Shown here in pieces: positions 57,013 to 64,000 of a stretch of 64,000 nucleotides of DNA. The notes under the pieces were generated by a model, which saw only the letters and a list, made by a program, of their open reading frames with translations, searched no databases and had not been told where the DNA came from. Origin of the DNA: an uncultured Verrucomicrobiae bacterium (GTDB lineage: Bacteria > Verrucomicrobiota > Verrucomicrobiia > Chthoniobacterales > JAFAMB01); the NCBI GenBank assembly GCA_963837955.1, contig CAWIPH010000002.1:3712001-3776000 (forward strand), in the 5' to 3' direction. Every line of letters begins with the position of its first letter. Positions within the stretch are counted from its first letter, which is position 1. The translations under genes were made by a program, and so were the position numbers.

Positions 57013-58503
57013 ATGGAACTTTTCGGCGAACACCTTGCTCTGGGAACAGGAATTTTCTTGGTCTTGGCCCTCTTCATGGCTCTCAGTTTTGAGTTTGTTA
57101 ACGGCTTTCACGATACGGCCAACGCGGTCGCGACCGTTATTTATACGCACTCGCTTCGTCCGGTCGTAGCGGTTGTTTGGTCCGGATTTTGCAATTTGAT
57201 GGGAGTTCTCACCTCCAGCGGTGCGGTCGCGTTTGGGATTGTGGCGTTATTGCCCGTAGAACTCGTTCTCAATGTTGGGTCGGGGGCAGGATTTGCCATG
57301 GTGTTTGCGTTGCTCATTTCGGCAATCATTTGGAACGTAGGGACCTGGTATTTGGGCCTTCCGGCATCCAGCACCCATACGCTGGTCGGCTCAATCATGG
57401 GGGTAGGATTGGCTAATTCCATGATGTCGCCGGGTCACGTCTTCGGTGAGGGGGTCAATTGGGCAAAGGCGCAGGAAGTCTTTATTAGCTTGCTCGTGTC
57501 GCCGATTGTGGGGTTTGTTTGTTCGGCTCTGCTGCTGTTGCTCGCTAAATTCTTGATCCGCCGGCCTGAACTCTACACGCCGGCCGAGGCAGGCAAATCG
57601 CCTCCTTGGTGGATTCGGCTTGTCTTAATTTTTACTTGCACAGGTGTCAGTTTTTCTCATGGCTCGAACGACGGTCAGAAAGGCATGGGCCTGATTATGC
57701 TTATCCTGGTTGGCATTCTCCCTGCAGTCTACGCCATCAACCTGGAAGCTAGTCCCGATTCGCTGAAGAATTTGCAGGCCAGTATGCAGCCGATCAGCCA
57801 GATCGCGGAGAAATATACCAAGGAGCGCCCGGCAACTCAGGGCGAAGCAAAAGATGAGCTCTCCGCATTTCTGAAAACGACCGGGCAGGTGTCGAACAAG
57901 ACTTTTGGTGCAATCGCCGTCGAAGTTCAAAATCTGCAGTCCAAGCTGGAGGGAAAAAGCAAGCTCAGCGATGTTCCAAAAGACCAGCGGTCGGACCTGC
58001 GAACGACAATTTACCTGGTCCAATCAGCCATCAGCAAACTCGGGAAACAACATGTGGTTACCGACACCCAGGATGCCGCGGTGTTTGGCAGTTTCGCTAA
58101 AGGACTGAAAGCGACTACCGATTTCATACCGCCCTGGGTAAAAGTTGCCGTGGCAGTTGCGCTTGGCTTCGGAACGATGATCGGTTGGAAACGAATTGTC
58201 GTCACGGTAGGTGAAAAGATCGGGAAATCTCACCTGACCTATGCCCAGGGTGCGTCGGCTGAGTTGGTCGCTATGGCGACCATACAAGCTGCGGACGTTT
58301 TCGGTCTCCCGGTCAGCACCACCCATGTCCTTTCATCCGGTATTGCGGGAACGATGGCGGCGAACCGGTCCGGTCTGCAAATGGCGACTCTCCGCAATAT
58401 CATTTTAGCCTGGGTGCTCACGGTGCCGGTTTGTGTGCTGCTCGGCGCTGCAACGTTTTCTGCCGGACTCTTCCTGGTGTTCAACGTACTGGGCTGGAAA
58501 TGA
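57013..58503 (+). CDS. pitA: Inorganic phosphate transporter (PiT)
   Basis: GFHDTANA, HGSNDGQK, PVSTTH. Confidence 0.95.
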   Translation: MELFGEHLALGTGIFLVLALFMALSFEFVNGFHDTANAVATVIYTHSLRPVVAVVWSGFCNLMGVLTSSGAVAFGIVALLPVELVLNVGSGAGFAMVFALLISAIIWNVGTWYLGLPASSTHTLVGSIMGVGLANSMMSPGHVFGEGVNWAKAQEVFISLLVSPIVGFVCSALLLLLAKFLIRRPELYTPAEAGKSPPWWIRLVLIFTCTGVSFSHGSNDGQKGMGLIMLILVGILPAVYAINLEASPDSLKNLQASMQPISQIAEKYTKERPATQGEAKDELSAFLKTTGQVSNKTFGAIAVEVQNLQSKLEGKSKLSDVPKDQRSDLRTTIYLVQSAISKLGKQHVVTDTQDAAVFGSFAKGLKATTDFIPPWVKVAVAVALGFGTMIGWKRIVVTVGEKIGKSHLTYAQGASAELVAMATIQAADVFGLPVSTTHVLSSGIAGTMAANRSGLQMATLRNIILAWVLTVPVCVLLGAATFSAGLFLVFNVLGWK

Positions 58504-58536
58504 GCACCGCCCAAAGCCGGTCGCACGCCCCAAAGC

Positions 58537-58672
58537 TGGTAGGGCGATACAGTCCGGCAGATGCGGCTCGTGATAGGACGCCGGGAAGAGCCGGACTGTG
58601 AGCCGTGCACCGCCCACAGTTTGGCTCACACGCCTCATTTCGCTGTCGCTCAAGGCGTGTTTCGCCCTACCA
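58537..58672. repeat. GTAG-type REP doublet, same family as 54444
   Basis: TGGTAGGGCGATAC / GTTTCGCCCTACCA. Confidence 0.75.
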
Positions 58673-58704
58673 ATCAGGGATGTGCCTGACCCACAACACC
58701 CGAA

Positions 58705-59220
58705 TCACCCATTCAGCTCGTCGACGAAATATTCCAGAAGCACCTCGGTCTCGATCCGCAAAACGACTTTCAGTTCCTGGCTGGCACCAGCTGCCCGGGA
58801 CTCCTCCAGCCAATCGGTGACCCGGCCCGCGTCCCAGGTCGGATGATTCGCTATCCTTTGGCTGTTGGCAGCAGCGCGCCGATAGATTTCCGGTGAAGCC
58901 GGATGCACTCCGGCTCTAAAAAACCAATAGCGGGCGTTATCGAAGTCGTCGTCGACCCGATGAATCATTCCGTGAACGTAGGCGCCATTGGCCGAAGAGG
59001 TCTCCTGGGCGATGCGATGAGCAGATTCGATGTCACCGGCCGCCAGTAAGAGCAAACTGCGAGCATACGGTATGGCGGAAGATGGAAATCCGCCCAGCTG
59101 AGCAAGGTCGGCCGAACGAAGAAATTCGATTAGCTCTTCGTCGCGAGGGGGTTCTGCCACAGAGGTTCGCGGAAGCTTGAGCTCCAGGCCCTCTGCCTTA
59201 AGAAAATCAACGTTGGCCAT
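58705..59220 (-). CDS. Hypothetical protein
   Basis: AH..AQ...HGMIHR...NARYW motif. Confidence 0.8.
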   Translation of the reverse strand: MANVDFLKAEGLELKLPRTSVAEPPRDEELIEFLRSADLAQLGGFPSSAIPYARSLLLLAAGDIESAHRIAQETSSANGAYVHGMIHRVDDDFDNARYWFFRAGVHPASPEIYRRAAANSQRIANHPTWDAGRVTDWLEESRAAGASQELKVVLRIETEVLLEYFVDELNG

Positions 59221-59414
59221 TCCATTAATGTTAACCAGGCTTAGCCAAGAGCCAAATCCGACCGAGGTCAAATAGTGGGCCGCTCCTTCCGAGGCAGCCG
59301 CTCAGATATCCGGTTGCAAAACGCTAAAAATTCTTTGCTCCGATCAACCCTTTAGGTTATTGACTCAACTCCCCTTGTCAGAGCGTTAGCGCTGCAACAA
59401 GGCACAATCCGTAT

Positions 59415-59759
59415 ATGATCTCTACTCTTTTGTTCCTAGCTCAACAGCAACCGGCGCCGGCCTCGACTGCCCAAAGCAACCCTTTGGTGACGTTTTTGCC
59501 GCTGATTTTCATGTTCGTCATTTTCTACTTTCTGTTGATCCGACCCCAGCAGAAACGGCAGAAAGAACAACGAAGTCTTCTTTCCAGTGTCAAGACCGGC
59601 GACAAGGTGATCACCAACAGTGGCATTCATGGCTTGGTCGCCAATGTCAAAGAGACGACTTTTCTGGTTAAGATTGCTGACAATGTGAAGGTAGAGATCG
59701 AAAAAAGCGCGATCGCCACGGTATCTAAATCGGCCGAGGAACCTAAAGCGACTCCCTAA
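59415..59759 (+). CDS. yajC: Preprotein translocase subunit YajC
   Basis: YFLLIRPQQKRQK, GDKVIT..GI.G. Confidence 0.96.
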   Translation: MISTLLFLAQQQPAPASTAQSNPLVTFLPLIFMFVIFYFLLIRPQQKRQKEQRSLLSSVKTGDKVITNSGIHGLVANVKETTFLVKIADNVKVEIEKSAIATVSKSAEEPKATP

Positions 59760-59786
59760 ATAGCGGTTCTTAACGGCTCTTCCTGC

Positions 59787-62126
59787 ATGACTCCGGCGCT
59801 GACATTCGTTTTCGGATTGGTCCTGCTCGTCCTTTTTGGGCTCTATTTCCTCGTTGAAAACGAACGGACCAAACGGTGGATCGGCACTGGCCTCACCGTC
59901 TTGCTCTGCGCGTTTTGCATCGACGCATTTCTTCCGCTGGAGAAGAAGATCCATCTGGGTCTGGATTTACAGGGTGGCAGCTCGTTTCTCGTGCGTCTGG
60001 TGCCGCCAACCGATGAAAACGGTCAGACGCGAAAAATTACGCCCGAGATGCAGGATCAGGCGGTGGAGGTCATTCGCAAGCGCGTTGACCAGTTTGGTGT
60101 AAGCGAGCCTGTCATCACCAAACAAGGCACGGATCGGATTCTTGTGCAGATCCCCGGTCTTGATACTGCGCAAATCGAGAACGCGCGCCAGCAATTGCAG
60201 CGTGTCGCTAAGCTTGAGTTTCGACTGGTTCATCCGCAATCCGACGAACTAGTCCCGCAGATTGAAGCCGGCACTCACTTTACCCCACCCGGATATGTGA
60301 TCCTCAATGGCGTCGAGAGGAACGGAAAAAGAGAGAGACTCCTAGTAAAACGCCGCCCCGAGCTCACCGGTGACCAAGTGACCAGAGCGAATGCCACGTT
60401 CGAACAACGGGGCTACGAAGTCGCCTTAAGTTTTAACTCGGAAGGTGGGAAAATTTTTCAGCGGGTCACCCGGGATAATATCAATCAGCGGCTAGCGATC
60501 GTTCTCGACGGAGAAATTATCTCCGCTCCGGTCATTCAAACCGAGATCTCCAATAATGCGGCGGTGATCACTGGAAACTTTACGGCTGATGAAGCAAAAA
60601 ACCTGGCCAGTGCACTGCAGAATCCTCTCCAGACCCCGGTAGCAATTGACGAGACTCGGAGTGTTTCCGCAACCCTCGGTAAGGATTCCATCGTGCGAGG
60701 TCTTGCTGCCGGTTTAGCCGGCTTGGCTGCAACACTAGTCTTTGTCATCATTTATTATCGGACCGCCGGCGTTGTGGCTCTAACCGGGCTAGCGGTCAAC
60801 GGCGTGTTGCTGTTCGGCATCATGTCTCTGTTTAACTTCGTTCTAACGCTTCCTGGGATCGCAGGTATTATTCTCACTATCGGCATGGCGATCGACGCCA
60901 ACGTGCTGATATATGAACGGTTGCGGGAAGAGCTCGGCGCCGGCAAAAGCCTCAAAACGTCGATCGAAACCGCCTACCACAAGGCCTTCAGTGCGATCGT
61001 CGATGCGAACCTCACAACGCTGCTTAAGGTCGTCATTCTTTTTTGGCTTGGTTCAGGACCTGTTAAAGGTTTCGCAATCACCCTGACGATCGGCATCATC
61101 GCCTCGATGTTTTCGGCGCTGTTGGTCACCCGGAACATTTTCGGTTGGTTGCTTCACTTGGGATGGTTGAAACGGATCTCGATGCTCCACCTAATCAAGT
61201 CCAAACACTTTGACTTCTTGGGCAAGTGGAAGCTTTCGTTGATCGCATCGATCTTGCTGCTGCTAGTTTCGTTCGCGGCCTTCGGCTTCCGAGGAAGCAA
61301 GATGTTCAATATCGACTTCACCGGAGGCGACTCGTTGCTCCTCAGATCGAATCAACCAGTGGCCGAAGTACAGGTTCGCGCTCCGTTGGAGAAGATCGGA
61401 CTTGGTAACGTGGTGATCCAACAAGAATCCGCGCAGCGAAACCAAGAAACGATTCACTACATCGCCATCCGAGCGCCTTACGGCGATGGGCAAAAGATTC
61501 TAAACCAGCTTAAGCAATCACCCGAAACTGCTGGCCTGATCCTCGAAAACTCGGAAACCGTGGGCGCGATAATGGGAGCGCAACTGGCCACAACTTCCTT
61601 GTTCGCGCTAGGCATCGCGGTCCTGGGAGTCATGGTCTACGTGGCTATTCGCTTCGAGTTTTCCTTCTCCGTCGGGACGATCCTGGCGATGTTTCACGAC
61701 CTCATCATCACGCTTGGGGTCTTTGTGCTGACCGGTCGCGCGTTCTCGCTGGTCACCATCGGCGCCATCCTGACCGTTGCCGGCTACTCCATCAACGACA
61801 AGATCGTTGTCTTTGACCGAATCCGGGAAGGTCTCCATTCAGGGCGCCGCGGAACGATCCGCTCGCTCATGAACGACAGCATCAACGAGACACTGAGCCG
61901 GACGGTTTTGACCAGCGGAGTCACCCTGATCTGCATGTTGTCGCTCTGGATTTTCGGTGGGCCTGTGTTGGACGACTTTGCCTTTACGAATGTTGTCGGC
62001 GTCATCGTGGGCACCTATTCGTCAATTTTTATTGCCGCTCCGATCGTTCTCTGGTGGACCAACTTCCGCAAAGGCAATTTGCGAACAGAGGTGATCAAGC
62101 CGCGAGAACAACCGGCAAAAGCGTAG
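59787..62126 (+). CDS. secDF: Fused SecD/SecF translocase subunit
   Basis: LGLDLQGG, DANVLIYER, IDFTGG, GYSIND...DRIRE. Confidence 0.97.
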   Translation: MTPALTFVFGLVLLVLFGLYFLVENERTKRWIGTGLTVLLCAFCIDAFLPLEKKIHLGLDLQGGSSFLVRLVPPTDENGQTRKITPEMQDQAVEVIRKRVDQFGVSEPVITKQGTDRILVQIPGLDTAQIENARQQLQRVAKLEFRLVHPQSDELVPQIEAGTHFTPPGYVILNGVERNGKRERLLVKRRPELTGDQVTRANATFEQRGYEVALSFNSEGGKIFQRVTRDNINQRLAIVLDGEIISAPVIQTEISNNAAVITGNFTADEAKNLASALQNPLQTPVAIDETRSVSATLGKDSIVRGLAAGLAGLAATLVFVIIYYRTAGVVALTGLAVNGVLLFGIMSLFNFVLTLPGIAGIILTIGMAIDANVLIYERLREELGAGKSLKTSIETAYHKAFSAIVDANLTTLLKVVILFWLGSGPVKGFAITLTIGIIASMFSALLVTRNIFGWLLHLGWLKRISMLHLIKSKHFDFLGKWKLSLIASILLLLVSFAAFGFRGSKMFNIDFTGGDSLLLRSNQPVAEVQVRAPLEKIGLGNVVIQQESAQRNQETIHYIAIRAPYGDGQKILNQLKQSPETAGLILENSETVGAIMGAQLATTSLFALGIAVLGVMVYVAIRFEFSFSVGTILAMFHDLIITLGVFVLTGRAFSLVTIGAILTVAGYSINDKIVVFDRIREGLHSGRRGTIRSLMNDSINETLSRTVLTSGVTLICMLSLWIFGGPVLDDFAFTNVVGVIVGTYSSIFIAAPIVLWWTNFRKGNLRTEVIKPREQPAKA

Positions 62127-62182
62127 GTAGCCTGAGGCTCCAGCCTCAGGAAGTCTGCGCTGTTTAGTTCGAAACTGTTGAA

Positions 62183-62393
62183 GAACGCCGACAACGCCGA
62201 CAACGCCGACAACGCCGGGAACGCCGGGAACGCCGACAACGCCGGGAACGACCGGAACGCCGTCAAACGGTGGGAATGCCGAGAACTGAACAAAGCCCAC
62301 AGCTTGTTCGGCTGATGGCTGCAAGAAAGTAAGACAGATAACTAAGCGCTCGCTTTTGATCCGACGTCGGCGCTACCGGCGTTCCCGGCGCTC
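62183..62393. repeat. Inverted arrays of the 9-mer AACGCCGRS
   Basis: About 9 forward units at 62183-62262 and 3 reverse units at 62366-62393. Confidence 0.9.
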
Positions 62394-63287
62394 CTACTCC
62401 GGTATCTGTCGCGGCTGGACCGGCTTGTTATACTGGTCTTGATTTTCGTCGGATTCTTCAGTCTCGTTCCGAGACGGCAAGCTAATGGTGTCTTGCCCAG
62501 TAACTTTTTTCTGGATCCAACCGCCAGCTTTTCGAAAAGCGCGCTCGACCGTATTTCCCACCGATTCACCGTAATGACGGGCGCGGTCCGAAAACGATTC
62601 GTCCTGGCTAGACTGACTTTGATGCGTGTACCTTCTCTCTCGGGAATTCGTGGGATGATGTTTAGGCGTGGGCTGATCGGAAGGTTCACTATTCTGGTCA
62701 AGAAGTTCCTGGTCTGAATTGGGCGGGGACCCTTGAGAAGCTAAGGCGCCCGAGCCTCCGCTAACCCAGTTACTCGAACTGAGCAGCGTACCATTATCAG
62801 CTGCCACCTTAACGATCCCGACCTCCTGCTGCTGCGAGTCCAATAAGTGAACCACCCACGCTGGTTTGCCTGTGTCCGGATCAACCGATAATCGGTAATT
62901 GGCTTTAGCAACCCCGGTGCCATTCTTTTTCGCTTCTTCCTGGGCCACCTGATAGGCTCCGTCGGAATCTACATTGAGCTCGTTGAGGTCGATGACTTTG
63001 CCGCCGGCAAATTCGCTACTGACTGGTGTTCTCTCTGACGCGACCTGATTCGAAACGATCTGAAGCTCCCGCACGCCTCCGCGCGCGGCTGGATCATCCA
63101 AAACAACGGTCCACATTCCGGGTTGCGGATTACCGGCTTCGCCTGAGACAGACAAAACCTGCTTAAGCGCCTCTTCGCCGCGCAGGGTACCGACAAAACG
63201 GAGCGCAGTGTAAGCAGTATTATCTTCGGCCCGACCTGAAACAGTCAGGAAGAAAAGCGCTACAAGCGAAGTGAAAAAACACCGCAT
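62394..63287 (-). CDS. Exported PepSY-like protein
   Basis: Signal peptide; DSDGAYQVA...PAWVV...VAADNG. Confidence 0.75.
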   Translation of the reverse strand: MRCFFTSLVALFFLTVSGRAEDNTAYTALRFVGTLRGEEALKQVLSVSGEAGNPQPGMWTVVLDDPAARGGVRELQIVSNQVASERTPVSSEFAGGKVIDLNELNVDSDGAYQVAQEEAKKNGTGVAKANYRLSVDPDTGKPAWVVHLLDSQQQEVGIVKVAADNGTLLSSSNWVSGGSGALASQGSPPNSDQELLDQNSEPSDQPTPKHHPTNSRERRYTHQSQSSQDESFSDRARHYGESVGNTVERAFRKAGGWIQKKVTGQDTISLPSRNETEESDENQDQYNKPVQPRQIPE

Positions 63288-63479
63288 GTCTGATCGCACC
63301 TATTTTTACCGGAATTAGCATATATTGCAACTAGCCATTGCGGATGTTGTGATCTGCAGTGGCAAAAATCGCGCGCCTCCCGCCGATCGACCGCGGCGAT
63401 TACTGAGTTTACACTAAACGTGGCAAAAGGCAGACTGGTACATCGCCTCGTGTAAGAGCGATACACTAAGGAAACAGCT

Positions 63480-64000
63480 ATGACCGCCGACATCGAGGAA
63501 CTCCAACGGTCAAATCATCTTTATCGAGGGCTGGTCGAAGTCAGTGCTCTCATCAATTCCATCACCGACTTCGATGAGCTTCTTTCAGCTATCCTTGATG
63601 TCGCTGGTCGCGTGATGCGAGCAGAAGCGAGTTCGCTGTTTCTGATCGATCACGAAACCGGAGACCTGGAACTCGCTATTGCGCGGGGCCCAGCAGGCGA
63701 CACTCTATCCCGCCCAGCTAGAATCAAAATCCCCCGGGGTCGCGGAATTTCTGGTTGGGTACGAGAACATCGGAAGAGCTTACTGGTTGCCGACGCATAT
63801 AACGATCCGCGGTTCTATCCGGAACTAGATAAGAGCTCTGGTTTTGTGACTCGCTCCGTACTCTGCATCCCTCTTTTCCAATTAGACGCCGAAATTGGAG
63901 TACTGGAAGTTCTTAACCCTTTGGATAAGCCGCACTTCGACGCGATCGATCTGGAAGCCTTTGAAGCGTACGGCAGCATGGTCTCCACGGCGATCGCCAA
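63480..64000 (+). CDS. GAF-domain signalling protein, running off the window (absent from the ORF track)
   Basis: MTADIEEL...GRGISGWV...DAYNDPRF...GFVTRSVLCIP. Confidence 0.9.
   Translation, partial: MTADIEELQRSNHLYRGLVEVSALINSITDFDELLSAILDVAGRVMRAEASSLFLIDHETGDLELAIARGPAGDTLSRPARIKIPRGRGISGWVREHRKSLLVADAYNDPRFYPELDKSSGFVTRSVLCIPLFQLDAEIGVLEVLNPLDKPHFDAIDLEAFEAYGSMVSTAIA

Noticed and set aside
62183..62262. CRISPR array or repeat protein
   Set aside because: 9-bp tandem units without spacers; the overlapping ORFs are artefacts.
22700..64000. Many short antisense or nested ORFs in the track
   Set aside because: They overlap confidently identified genes and are typical shadow ORFs.

Overview
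Bacterial chromosomal window. The gene content and the abundant intergenic repeats suggest a soil Verrucomicrobiota (Chthoniobacterales-like) genome; this is inference, not a database result. All protein and motif calls come from reading the sequence by eye and from recalled family motifs. The left third is accessory DNA. A 20.7-kb element (1929-22657) is integrated in a tRNA-Ile(CAT) gene and bounded by a 45-bp att duplication. It encodes a tyrosine integrase, a divergent HTH regulator/Xis pair, and a Prim-Pol/D5 primase-helicase followed by iterons. It also carries a lambda-like cosQ/cosN site upstream of two tandem Nu1 (TerS)-like genes. No capsid, portal, large terminase or tail gene was recognised, so it looks like a PICI-type phage satellite. 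Its cargo includes a TerY-P (vWA/PP2C/kinase) defence triad, two HEPN-like proteins and several exported proteins. Remnants of a related element continue to the left (1-1928). The rest (22.7-64 kb) is mostly core genome: ECF sigma/anti-sigma, rlmN, terC, yjbQ, a luxE/luxC-like pair, PTS IIA-ClcB, two large secreted proteins with a shared 5' leader, GH15, tag, a sigma54-preceded purine-use operon, pit, yajC-secDF and a partial GAF protein. Several REP-like and inverted tandem-repeat families lie mostly between convergent genes.
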